Assembly (NCBI GenBank): GCA_041577295.1
Contig: JBFGJG010000004.1
Coordinates: 71,816 to 135,815, forward strand
Direction: 5' to 3'
Origin: Gemmatimonadales bacterium
GTDB lineage: Bacteria; Gemmatimonadota; Gemmatimonadetes; Gemmatimonadales; GWC2-71-9
DNA: 64,000 nt
The notes under the pieces were generated by a model that was given only the letters and a program-made list of their open reading frames with translations, was not told the origin of the DNA and did not search any database. Shown here in pieces: positions 47,687 to 58,100 of the stretch; position 1 is the stretch's first letter; each line of letters begins with the position of its first letter. The position numbers and the translations under genes are program-made.

Positions 47687-50307
47687 GACGCGCATGGTTG
47701 GGGGTGCTCGTCGGCACGTTGGCGTTCAACTCTGCGGCAGAGGCCCAGGGGGAGGTGTGGGCTGCGCTGCACCGCGGCGATTACGAGGCGGCAATCGAAG
47801 GCTTTGAGCGCGAGCTGCGGGCGCGACCCAGCGGTGCCGCGGTGCGTGGCCTTGCCCGCGCGTTATCGGAGGTCGGCCGGTACCGCGAGGCGCGGACGGT
47901 CGTAGAACGACATGTGGAGCCACTGGCACCCGAGCTGTGGAACACGTTGGGAGAGGTGCTGCTGTTTCTCGGCGAGTTACGCGATGCCGAGGCGGCCTTC
48001 GAGACGGCGATCAGCCACGGCGCGTCAGACAGTCTCATCGCCCGCCTCAATCGCGCGCTCGTGTGGCATAGGCGTGGAGCGCATGTGCGTGCAAACGCAG
48101 AGTTCGCCTCGTTCATCGACGTATACAATAGCCGGCGTGGCCTCAGCTCGGTGGAGCTCATGGCCGTGGCGGTGGCTGTTCAGCATCTCGGCGCGAGCAA
48201 CCCTGAGCTGTTTCGCGACGCCCTTCGCGCGTACGATCAGGCCGTGGCGGCGGACCAACGCAATCTCGAGGCCCGTGCGCGAGTTGGCGAACTGTTTCTC
48301 GACCGATATAACAGTGACGACGCCGCGCAGACCTTTGAAGAGATTCTGGCGCTCAACCCGCGATATGCGCGCGCGGTGCTCGGAAAAGCGCGAACCCGCC
48401 ACTTTGATGGCTCCGACGAAGCGCTGGAGCTAACCGAACACAGCCTTCGAATCAATCCCAACCTCGTTGCTGCGCGCGTGCTTCTCGGGACGCTCTATCT
48501 CGAGCTCGAGAATTACGATGTCGCCGCTGGCGAGGCACGGAAAGCGCTCGATGTCGACCCCAATTCACTCGACGCCCTCTCGATTCTCGCCGCAAGTCAG
48601 TACTTCCGCGGTGACCGGACAGCGTTCGAGGCCTCACGGCGCCAGATCCTTGCACTCAATCCGCGATACGCAGGCTTGTATACGCGACTCGCCGAGCTGA
48701 GCGCGCGCATCCGACGATACGCCGATGCGGTCGAATTTGCCCGTCAAGCCGTGAAGCTCGACTCGACCTCGTGGCAGGCGTTCGCCGAGCTGGGGCGCAA
48801 CGAGCTGAGGTTAGGTGCGATCGAACAGGGTGCCCGCCATTTGGAGACTGCCTTTGCGGGGGATCCATACGATGTGTGGACTAAGAACACCCTCGATCTC
48901 CTCGATACGTTGCGACGCTATCCGATCACGTCGTCGCCCAGATTTCAATTCGTGATTGACGGTACGGAATCGGCGCTGCTCACGCTCTATGCAAGTGAGT
49001 TGGCGGAGGAGGCGTACCGCCGGTTGAGTGAGCGTTACCGGTTTCGTCCCACTTCACCCATTCGCGTCGAGATCTATCCGAGCCACTCCGACTTCTCCGT
49101 GCGGACGGTCGGGTTGGTGGGTCTCGGCGCCCTTGGGGTGAGCTTCGGACCCGTGATCGCGATGGATTCGCCTTCGGCGAGAGATGCGGGCCATTTCAAC
49201 TGGGGATCGACGCTGTGGCACGAGCTGGCCCATACCTTCCACTTGGAGATGACCGATCACCGCGTACCTCGGTGGTTTACGGAGGGTCTCGCGGTGTTGG
49301 AGGAACGGCGGGCCCGGCCGGGGTGGGGAGACGACGTTTCGCCTGGCTTTCTGATCGCATTTCTCCAGGACCGTCTCGTCCCGGTGAGCGATCTCAATCG
49401 CGGATTCACTCGCCCCGCGTATCCGGAACAGATCATCTTCTCGTACTATCAGGCGTCGCTGGTCTGCGAGTTGATCGAGTCGCAGCACGGATTCGACGCG
49501 CTGCACGACATGCTGTCAGGATATCGGGAAGGGAAGAGCACCGCAGAGCTCTTCCGCACGGTGCTCGGGTCTTCGCTCTCGGCGTATGACGATGTGTTCG
49601 AGCAGTACGTGCGCGAACGCTTCCAGGGCGCGCTTGTAGCGCTCGAGCCCGCGGCGCGCGAGGCGGGGAGGAGAGGTGCGCCATCGCCGGAGACCATTGG
49701 GCTCCGCGCGCAGGACCCAGCTGATTTCGTGGCCCAGTTGGTCATGGGTCAGCGGCTGGTGCGGGACGGAAAGCTGGAAGCGGCGGTCCCCTATCTGGAG
49801 CGGGCGAAGGCGTTGTTCCCTGAGTATGCCGGTGCCGACAGCCCGTACTGGTTGCTGGCACAGATCGCGAAGCAGCGAGGGGACCTCCCGCGGGCGGCCC
49901 GCGAACTGTCGGCTATGACGGCGATCAACGAACGGCACTATCGAGCGTTCGTGGAGCTTGCCGAGATCCAGGAGGCGTTGAACCAGCACGATCCGGCGGC
50001 ACGTACGTTGGAAGAGGCGATGTACGTGTTCCCGTTCGACGTTTCGGCGCACGACCGGTTGGCGAAACTGTATGCCAAGCGCGAGGCGTGGCCGGCGGTG
50101 ATACGCGAACGAGGCGCGATCCTAGCCTTGAGGCCGGTCGATCGAGCCGAAGCTGGGTATCAACTGGCGCTCGCCCAGTTCGAAGCTGGAAACCACGATG
50201 ACGCCCGTCGAACCGTGCTCGGCGTGCTCGAGCACGCGCCGAACTTCGCGCAAGCACAGGAATTGCTCCTCGCGATTCATGCGGCTCGGAAGGCGAGGAC
50301 TCCGTGA
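47683..50307 (+). CDS. Exported TPR-repeat protein with peptidase MA-like (HExxH) domain
   Basis: Many TPRs and WHELAH...PRWFTEGLA gluzincin-like motif. Confidence 0.8.
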   Translation: MRRAWLGVLVGTLAFNSAAEAQGEVWAALHRGDYEAAIEGFERELRARPSGAAVRGLARALSEVGRYREARTVVERHVEPLAPELWNTLGEVLLFLGELRDAEAAFETAISHGASDSLIARLNRALVWHRRGAHVRANAEFASFIDVYNSRRGLSSVELMAVAVAVQHLGASNPELFRDALRAYDQAVAADQRNLEARARVGELFLDRYNSDDAAQTFEEILALNPRYARAVLGKARTRHFDGSDEALELTEHSLRINPNLVAARVLLGTLYLELENYDVAAGEARKALDVDPNSLDALSILAASQYFRGDRTAFEASRRQILALNPRYAGLYTRLAELSARIRRYADAVEFARQAVKLDSTSWQAFAELGRNELRLGAIEQGARHLETAFAGDPYDVWTKNTLDLLDTLRRYPITSSPRFQFVIDGTESALLTLYASELAEEAYRRLSERYRFRPTSPIRVEIYPSHSDFSVRTVGLVGLGALGVSFGPVIAMDSPSARDAGHFNWGSTLWHELAHTFHLEMTDHRVPRWFTEGLAVLEERRARPGWGDDVSPGFLIAFLQDRLVPVSDLNRGFTRPAYPEQIIFSYYQASLVCELIESQHGFDALHDMLSGYREGKSTAELFRTVLGSSLSAYDDVFEQYVRERFQGALVALEPAAREAGRRGAPSPETIGLRAQDPADFVAQLVMGQRLVRDGKLEAAVPYLERAKALFPEYAGADSPYWLLAQIAKQRGDLPRAARELSAMTAINERHYRAFVELAEIQEALNQHDPAARTLEEAMYVFPFDVSAHDRLAKLYAKREAWPAVIRERGAILALRPVDRAEAGYQLALAQFEAGNHDDARRTVLGVLEHAPNFAQAQELLLAIHAARKARTP

Positions 50308-51083
50308 GACGCTCTGTGACCCTGCTGCTGCTCACGTTTACCGTCTCGGCGTGTCTTCCAATCGCGGCGGACGCACAGCGGCGTGCGAGACGAGACGCAG
50401 ATTACTCGCAGTTCAACGTACCCTACGACGGCAGGTTCACCTTCGTTCGACTCCGGTACGCACCGCTCCCGGGACCGTCCACCGGCGGTGGTTTCTGGCG
50501 GGATCAGGATCTCAAGTGGGATCATGATTATCCGCGAGCCGAGCGTAACCTCATGAAGATTCTGAGCGAGCTCACTGCGTTGAATCCCTACCTGGGTGGG
50601 GGGAACATACTGACCGCCGAGGATCCGGAACTCTTCCGTTACCCTGTGGCGTATGTGTCGGAGCCGGGCTTTTGGTCGGTAACCGATGTCGAAGCGGCCA
50701 ATCTGCGTAGCTACGTTCTCAAGGGTGGGTTCCTCATCTTCGACGATTTCGCAGGTGAGCAATGGTACAACTTCGAGGAGAAGCTCCGTCGGGTGCTGCC
50801 CGAGGCACGGTTGGTCGCACTGGACCTTTCGTATCCCATCTTTCACTCGTTCTTCGACATTGAGGCACTTCCCGCCGCACATCCGTATTGGGGAAACCCT
50901 TCGGTGTACTATGGGGTCTTCGAAGACAACGATCCGACGAAGCGTCTCATGATCATCGTGAATTACAACAACGACATCGGCGAGTACTGGGAGTGGTCCG
51001 ACGCCGGTTTCGTACCCATCGAGCTGTCCAACGAAGCCTACAAGCTCGGTGTGAACTACATCATCTACGCGCTAACGCACTGA
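50304..51083 (+). CDS. DUF4159 domain protein (exported)
   Basis: FTFVRLRY, W.HDYPRAE, YPVAY.SEPG, KGGFLIFDDF, NNDIGEYWE, LGVNYIIYALTH. Confidence 0.8.
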   Translation: MRRSVTLLLLTFTVSACLPIAADAQRRARRDADYSQFNVPYDGRFTFVRLRYAPLPGPSTGGGFWRDQDLKWDHDYPRAERNLMKILSELTALNPYLGGGNILTAEDPELFRYPVAYVSEPGFWSVTDVEAANLRSYVLKGGFLIFDDFAGEQWYNFEEKLRRVLPEARLVALDLSYPIFHSFFDIEALPAAHPYWGNPSVYYGVFEDNDPTKRLMIIVNYNNDIGEYWEWSDAGFVPIELSNEAYKLGVNYIIYALTH

Positions 51084-51110
51084 CGGGCTCGATACCCGAT
51101 TTGGGGGGAC

Positions 51111-52139
51111 ATGACTGACACGAACGTACGGCTCGAATCCAGCGATGACATCGAGGTGGCCGATCGCCTGAAGGACGGCCGAGACCGGATGCTGGCTGAG
51201 GTTCGCAAGCGAATCGTGGGCCAGGACGCGGTCATCGACCAGGTGTTGCTTTCCCTCCTAGTTGGAGGGAACAGCCTGATCGTTGGCGTACCTGGGCTCG
51301 CCAAGACCCTGTTGATCCGCACGATCGCTCAGGTGCTCGATTTGAAGTTTTCACGCATACAGTTCACACCCGACCTAATGCCGTCGGACATCACGGGATC
51401 AGATCTGATTCAGGAGAATCCTACCACCGGCCGCCGCGAGATGACGTTTGTACCGGGTCCAATCTTTGGCAACATCGTTCTCGCCGACGAGATCAACCGC
51501 ACGCCACCCAAGACGCAGGCGGCGCTCCTGGAAGCAATGGAAGAACATCGGGTGACCGTGCAGGGCCGGACGTATGAGCTGGACGAGCCCTTCTTCGTGT
51601 TTGCGACGCAGAATCCCATCGAGCTTGAGGGAACCTATCCGCTTCCTGAGGCGCAGCTCGACCGGTTCATGTTCAACGTCGTGATCGATTATATGCCGGA
51701 AGACGACGAGCTCGCGGTGGTGCGGCAGACGACTAGGCTCCAGGACCACCGTTTCGATCAAACCGTCACCGGGAAGGACATCATCGAATTCCAGCAACTC
51801 GTGCGGAAAGTCCCTGCGTCGGATGCGGTGCTGCGATACGCGGTGGACCTCGTGCGGGCCACACGCCCGAGCCGAAATGGGGCTCCGGAGTTCGTACGGC
51901 GCTGGGTGTCGTATGGCGCGAGCGTGCGCGCTGCGCAGTACCTCGTTCTGGGTGCGAAGGCGAGGGCCCTCACGAGTGGGCGATATCACGTGACCTTCGA
52001 TGATATTCGATCGCTTGCCCATCCCGTGCTGCGACACCGCATCCTGAAGAACTTTCACGCCGAGTCGGAGCAAATTTCCTCCGACACGCTGGTGGATGAG
52101 CTGCTCAAGGCCGTTCCTCCACCGGCGTCCAGAATGTGA
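51111..52139 (+). CDS. moxR: MoxR family AAA+ ATPase
   Basis: GVPGLAKT, RIQFTPDLMPSDITG, LADEINRTPPKTQAALLEAM, ATQNPIE.EGTYPLPEAQLDRF. Confidence 0.95.
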   Translation: MTDTNVRLESSDDIEVADRLKDGRDRMLAEVRKRIVGQDAVIDQVLLSLLVGGNSLIVGVPGLAKTLLIRTIAQVLDLKFSRIQFTPDLMPSDITGSDLIQENPTTGRREMTFVPGPIFGNIVLADEINRTPPKTQAALLEAMEEHRVTVQGRTYELDEPFFVFATQNPIELEGTYPLPEAQLDRFMFNVVIDYMPEDDELAVVRQTTRLQDHRFDQTVTGKDIIEFQQLVRKVPASDAVLRYAVDLVRATRPSRNGAPEFVRRWVSYGASVRAAQYLVLGAKARALTSGRYHVTFDDIRSLAHPVLRHRILKNFHAESEQISSDTLVDELLKAVPPPASRM

Positions 52140-53029
52140 GAGGCTCTCGCTTCCTCGACCCCAGGGTGCTCGCCAGGATCGACAACCTGGAGCTTCTGGC
52201 ACGCACGGTGGTGGACGGCTTCATCAGCGGCCTACATCGCTCGCCGTATCTCGGATTCTCCATCGATTTCGCCGAGCATCGCGCGTATATGCCCGGCGAC
52301 GATATTCGATGGATCGACTGGCGTGTGTTTGGTCGCACCGATCGATTTTACGTCAAGCAGTTCGAAGCGGACACCAACGCCAACTTCAGCGTGATCTTGG
52401 ACGTGTCCCGCTCGATGCACTACGGCAGCGGCGAGGTGACGAAGCTCGACTATGCGCGCTACCTGGCGGCCTGCCTCGCTTACTTCTCGCGACGGCAACG
52501 CGATCGGATTGGCATCGTTACGTTTGACCGAGACGTCGTCGATCATATTCCACCCTCGGCGAAACACCTCGACCTGGTTCTGCATACACTCGACAATCTG
52601 GAGCCTGGGGGAGAGGGGTTGCTGGAGCAACCGTTGCTCAAGATCGCCGAGTCCCTGGGGCGGCGCGGCATCTTAGTGCTGATCTCGGACCTCTACGAGG
52701 AGCCCGATCGTATCCTGCAGGCCGTGAGCCGGCTGCGACATCGCGGCAACGATGTGATGGTCTTTCACGTGCTCGACCCCGCCGAGCTGGAGTTTCCCTT
52801 CGATGGGGCCACCCATTTCGAGGATCTCGAAACCGGAGAACGCATCCCTGTCGTGCCCGAGGACCTCAAAGAGCGGTATCGCCATCTCCTTGCCCAGCAT
52901 ATCCGAACACTCGCCCGACTGCTCGGCGAGCACCGAATCGACTACACGCAACTCGATACCAGCAAGCCGCTGGACTACGCGTTGTTCGACTACCTCAGTA
53001 GACGTCAACGCCTGAGCAGAGTCCGCTGA
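52136..53029 (+). CDS. DUF58 / vWA-like MoxR partner
   Basis: GLHRSPYLGFSIDFAEHRAYMPGDDIRWIDW, DVSRSM, LISDL. Confidence 0.9.
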   Translation: MRGSRFLDPRVLARIDNLELLARTVVDGFISGLHRSPYLGFSIDFAEHRAYMPGDDIRWIDWRVFGRTDRFYVKQFEADTNANFSVILDVSRSMHYGSGEVTKLDYARYLAACLAYFSRRQRDRIGIVTFDRDVVDHIPPSAKHLDLVLHTLDNLEPGGEGLLEQPLLKIAESLGRRGILVLISDLYEEPDRILQAVSRLRHRGNDVMVFHVLDPAELEFPFDGATHFEDLETGERIPVVPEDLKERYRHLLAQHIRTLARLLGEHRIDYTQLDTSKPLDYALFDYLSRRQRLSRVR

Positions 53030-55131
53030 TGCCGCTCTCGTTCTTGACCCCTCTGTTTCTCGCGGGGCTCGCGGCCTTGGCGATCCCGATCTGGATTCAT
53101 CTCACCGACCGCGAACGTCGTGACGTCACCGCGTTCCCGTCGCTCATGTTTCTTCAGCGTGTGCCGCATCAAACGGTGCGCCGCCAGCGGATCCGCCACT
53201 GGTTGTTGTTTCTGCTGCGCTCGGGAGCGGTCGTGTTGCTGGTCCTCGCCTTCGCGCGGCCCCTGCTGGACCGTTCTGGGGCCGGCGGTGCATTCGCCGG
53301 TGGTCGAGAGGTCGTGATTCTGCTCGATCGATCGTTCAGCATGGGGTACGCCGACCGCTGGGAGCGTGCAGTGAGTGCGGCGGGTCGCTTGATCGATGAA
53401 GTGGGAGAACGCGATCTGGCGTCGGTGGTCGCCTTCGCGGATCGAGCTGAGGCCCTCGCACAGTCCACGGCCGATCCGATACGGCTGCGTGCGGCGCTCG
53501 ATGGCGCCCGTCCCCAAGACGGACCTACTCGCTATGCCCCGGCCCTTCAGGTTGCAGCCCAAATCCTGAGCGACTCCAAACTCCCTCGCCATGAGGTAGT
53601 GCTGATCAGCGACTTTCAACGTGCCGGTTGGAATCCGGATGAAGCGGTTCAGCTCCCCTCGGGTGCATGGCTCACGGCGATTGACGTTGCGGAAGGCACG
53701 GCGCCCAATCTCTCCGTGTCGGATGTCTCCGTGGACAGCCGGGGGTCGGCATCGGCACAACAGCTCCTGGTCACCGCCCGAGTCGTGAACACGGGACCCG
53801 ACGCGCGGAGGAACGTCGAAGTCAAGCTCTCGGTGGAGGGGCAGCAGTTGGCGGCGCAGTCAACGGACCTCGACCCCAACAGCGCAGCGACGGTGCACTT
53901 CCCGGTGGTACAGTTTCCCAGACGGCTTGCGCTGGCCACGGTGACGGCCGGTGAGGATCCGTTGGCTGGCGACAACACCTTTCAGTTCGTCATCGCCCCA
54001 CACCGGGCTGTTCGGATCCTTTTGCTGGAGCATGCAGCCGCACGCTCGACAGAGACGATTTATCTCCGGCGCGCGCTGAACATTGGATCGGACCCCGGGT
54101 TCGACGTGGTTACCAAGCCCATCGCGCAGCTCGCTACCCGGGACCTCACCGGCCGACCGGGCGTGATACTCAACGATGTTCCGTACCCGGGCGGGGCAGC
54201 CGGTCGGCGCCTCCTCGAGTATGTCACCGAGGGCGGGCGGCTCCTGGTTATCATGGGCCGGCGTGCGACGCCGGGATCCTGGAACAGCACGGGTGGCATC
54301 GTCACCGGCACGGTGGCGGAGCCGGTAGACCGGCTACGCGATCGAGGCGGCAGCTTCGTCGTCGTGGCGTACGATCACCCTGTGTTCGAACCGTTCAAGG
54401 CGCCCCGTAGCGGCAACTTTTCCACCGCGAGGTTCTTCCGGTACCGCGGCTACACACCAGATGACTCCTCGCAGGTGCTCGCCCGTTTCGATGACGGCCG
54501 GCCCGCGCTCACGGAATCGGCGGTCGGCGAGGGCAGGGTGCTCGTGCTCACTACCGGTCTCGACAATGTGTGGAACGATCTGTCGATCCAACCCGTGTTT
54601 TTGCCCTTCGTCCATCAAGTGGCGCGGCACGTTTCAGGGTATGGCGCACCACGGATGTGGGTGACCGCCGGCCAGGTGCTCGATCTCCGAGACCAGATTG
54701 GCGATCCAGCAACCGGCAGCGAGCCGCCACGAGAGGTGGTGATCGAAACTCCCTCGGGGGATCGAATCTTGCGCGAGTTTACTGATGAGGAAGGCCAGTA
54801 CCTTCAGGTACGCGAGCGGGGGTTCTATCGGATTCGACCGGTAGATGACCGCACGGCGGTTCTGACCACGATCGCGGTCAACATGGATCCCGCGGAGTCG
54901 GATCTCACGGCGATGGATCCGGATGAACTCGTGGGAGCGGTGAGCGCGGGCACTGCTGAGGGTGACGAGGTGCAGGCCGCCGTGGTGCTGGCCCCTGACG
55001 AGCGGGAACGTCGGCAGGGGCTGTGGTGGTATTTGGTAGTAGCGACGTTGCTGATCCTCGTCACGGAGTCGATACTTTCCAATAGAGTCCGCCCCCTGCG
55101 GGGGCGTCCGCTTACGTCGGAGCGACCATGA
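53029..55131 (+). CDS. BatA N-terminal domain + vWA domain membrane protein
   Basis: FLTPLFLAGLAALAIPIWIHL...FPSLMFL double-TM, LLDRSFSM, LISDFQ, C-terminal ESDL...LWWYL...ES.L. Confidence 0.88.
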   Translation: MPLSFLTPLFLAGLAALAIPIWIHLTDRERRDVTAFPSLMFLQRVPHQTVRRQRIRHWLLFLLRSGAVVLLVLAFARPLLDRSGAGGAFAGGREVVILLDRSFSMGYADRWERAVSAAGRLIDEVGERDLASVVAFADRAEALAQSTADPIRLRAALDGARPQDGPTRYAPALQVAAQILSDSKLPRHEVVLISDFQRAGWNPDEAVQLPSGAWLTAIDVAEGTAPNLSVSDVSVDSRGSASAQQLLVTARVVNTGPDARRNVEVKLSVEGQQLAAQSTDLDPNSAATVHFPVVQFPRRLALATVTAGEDPLAGDNTFQFVIAPHRAVRILLLEHAAARSTETIYLRRALNIGSDPGFDVVTKPIAQLATRDLTGRPGVILNDVPYPGGAAGRRLLEYVTEGGRLLVIMGRRATPGSWNSTGGIVTGTVAEPVDRLRDRGGSFVVVAYDHPVFEPFKAPRSGNFSTARFFRYRGYTPDDSSQVLARFDDGRPALTESAVGEGRVLVLTTGLDNVWNDLSIQPVFLPFVHQVARHVSGYGAPRMWVTAGQVLDLRDQIGDPATGSEPPREVVIETPSGDRILREFTDEEGQYLQVRERGFYRIRPVDDRTAVLTTIAVNMDPAESDLTAMDPDELVGAVSAGTAEGDEVQAAVVLAPDERERRQGLWWYLVVATLLILVTESILSNRVRPLRGRPLTSERP

Positions 55132-58100
55132 CCCACTCTACGAACCATGAGCAGCTCCTCCGCGTCGTCCGGCGGGTGCGCAGTCGGTGGCGTCTCAAGA
55201 TCGTCCTGCGTGGCCTGGCGATCGCGCTCGTGGGTGGTATGCTCGCATTCGTCGTTTCGGCGTACGGGATCGACAAGTTCCACTTCAACCCGACGGCAGT
55301 ACTCGTATTTCGTGTACTCGCCTACACTACAATCGCGGGCCTGCTGGCCTGGTTTACCGTGCGCCCCTTGCTGTCCCGCGTGCCAGACAGCCGCGTCGCC
55401 CTCTACTTGGAGGAACACGAACCCAGCCTGGATGGTCAGCTGTTGAGCGCCGTCGAGGTTGGCCAGGGTGACAATGCACTTCACTCTCGAGCCCTCGTGG
55501 ACCGGCTGGTCGCCTCGGCAATCGAGCGGTGCACGGCAGTCCAGGACGGGAGGAGGATCGATCGTCAACCGCTGGCTCGATCCTCGGGAGTGCTTGCCGG
55601 AGCGACCGCCATGGGAATGGCGATCCTGCTCTTTGGCCCGGGGTCATTGCAGATCGGCACACGTACCTTGCTGACCCCGTGGAGCTCGGCCTCCGACAAC
55701 AATCCGTACGCCATTACCGTACTACCTGGCGATACAACGGTGGCCAGAGGCTCCGACCTTCGCATCACGGCGCATCTCCAGGGCTTCGACGCCGATGCAG
55801 TGGATCTCGCCGTCAAGCGTGGTACCGCCACCCAATGGGAACGCTGGCCCATGACTCTGGACGAATCCGTCGAGGGATTCGCCTTTCTCCTGTTTGACCT
55901 CGACATGCAGTCCCAATACATGGTCGAGGCGGCTGGCGTCCGCTCACCGGTATACACCATCGACGTCGCCGATCTGCCGCACGTCGAGCGGATCGATCTC
56001 GAATACCATTTTCCGGCATACACGCGGCTCAGTCCCAAGCGGGAGGAAGACGGCGGCGATGTGGCGGCGCTTCGCGGGACGCGGGTCAAACTCGGCGTGA
56101 CACCCAACATTCCCACGGCATGGGGCGCAATTCTCATCGACGAACGGGACACGATCCTGCTCGCTTCCCAAGCCGATGGGATGTTGTCGGGTGAGTTCCG
56201 CATTGATCGAGATGGGTTCTATCGCATCCTGTTTCAAACGGCGACCGGGAAGGTGGTTCCGGGCTCCGCAGATTTTGTGATCGATGCGCTGGTCGATCAG
56301 CCACCGTCGGTCGTATTTCGCGTGCCGGGTCGTGATCTCCGCGTCACCAATATCGAGGAAGTGTTTGCGGAGGTCGAGGCGGAGGACGACTACGGCGTAG
56401 CTCGGTTAGAGTTGATATTCTCCGTCAACGGTGGTCCCGAAAAAACGGTCTCTCTCTACTCCGGCGGCGGACGTCGCAAGAACGTGTCCGGGAGTCACAC
56501 GTTCTTCCTCGAAGAGTGGAATCTGCAACCGGGGGATCTGGTTTCGTACTACGCCCGCGTGAAGGACGACGCACGAATCACCGGGCCCCATGAGAGCGTC
56601 ACGGACATCTACTTCCTCAATGTTCGTCCGCTCGACACCGAATACCGCCAAGCGGAGCAGCAGGGTGCCCCCGGTGGAGCCGGTATGAACAGCGCGCTGT
56701 CTGAGCGACAACGGCAGATAGTTGCGGGAACGTTCAATCTCGTACGCGATCGCGACGAGTATTCGGACAAGGAATACAAAGAAAACCTGGCCACGCTTGC
56801 CCTGGCGCAGGGGCGTCTCCGTGAAGAGGTGGTGACGCTGCTGCGTCGCATTCGTTCGCGCGGGGTGATCTCGATCGACTCGACCTTCAGCGCTATTGCC
56901 TCGGCGCTCGACGAAGCGGTCGCGGCCATGGAATCCGCCGAGGAGCAGCTCGGCCGGCGAGAGCCCCAACAGGCACTGCCACCGGAGCAGCAAGCCCTAC
57001 AGCATCTCCAGCGAGCCGAGTCGGTATTCCGTGAGGTGCAGGTGAGCCGCGGAGGTGGCGGGGGAGGTGGAGGAGGTTCACCCAATGCGGAGGAGTTGGC
57101 GGATCTCTTCGATCTCGAGATGGAAAAGTTGCGCAACCAATACGAGCAGGTGCAGCGTGGTCGGCAGGAGCAGATGGATGAGCAACTCGATGAGGTACTG
57201 CAACGACTGCGGGAGTTGGCCCGCCGACAGCAACAAGAGAACGAACGGATGCGCGCCCAGGCAGGAGCCCAGAGCCAACAGGGCGGAGGTGGAGTGGGTG
57301 GAAGCCAGCGACAATTAGCCGAAGAAGCGGAAGAGTTGGCACGACAGCTCCAGCGGCTGGCTCGCGAACAGTCCGTGCCCGAGTTGGAGCGGACCGCGCG
57401 CGAGCTGCAACAGGCCGCCGAAGAGATGCGGCGGGCGGCGAGCAATGCAAATAGCGAGGCGGGCGCCGGTCAGGGCCAATCCGCCTTGGACCGGCTGCGC
57501 GATGCCCGCCGTCTGCTCGATGAGAATCGGACCGCCGGTGTGGAGCGGGAGGTCGACGCCGCGCTCCGGCGCGCCGAGCGGTTGTCGGAGTTGCAAGAGC
57601 GGGTGACCGAGCAGGTTGGCGCCATGAGCCAGGGTCAGCAGGGGGAGGCCCTGCAGCGCCTCCTCGAGCGCAAGGAACAGATGGCCGGTGAGGTACGGGA
57701 CCTCGAACGTCAGCTCGACGGATTGGCGCAGGACACGCGTCGGGAGCAGCCGGAGGGGTCTCGCAGCCTGCGCGAGGCGGTGGCAGGCATTCGCGACAAC
57801 AAGTTGCGCGAGAAGATCCTGTACTCTCGGGGCGTTGTGCAGGGTCGGTCGCGGGAATACGCACAGAACTTCGAAGAGCAAATCGGCGCCGATCTCGAAG
57901 AGTTACGCGATCGGATCGCGCAGGCGCGTGACGCCCTCGGCGAATCACCAGAGACCCGGCTCGCGCGCGGGCTCGACCGGACCCGCGACCTCGTCAACTC
58001 ACTCGAGTCGCTGGAGTCCCGCATCCAAGACAGACGGGAAGGGCAGCCAGGCCAGCAAGGCCAGCAGAACGACCAACCTGGTGGCCAAGATTCTCCACGG

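Noticed and set aside
56609..57948. Long minus-strand ORFs within the coiled-coil gene, and similar shadow ORFs across the window
   Set aside because: They have low-complexity Ser/Arg/Pro/Cys translations typical of antisense frames of real genes.
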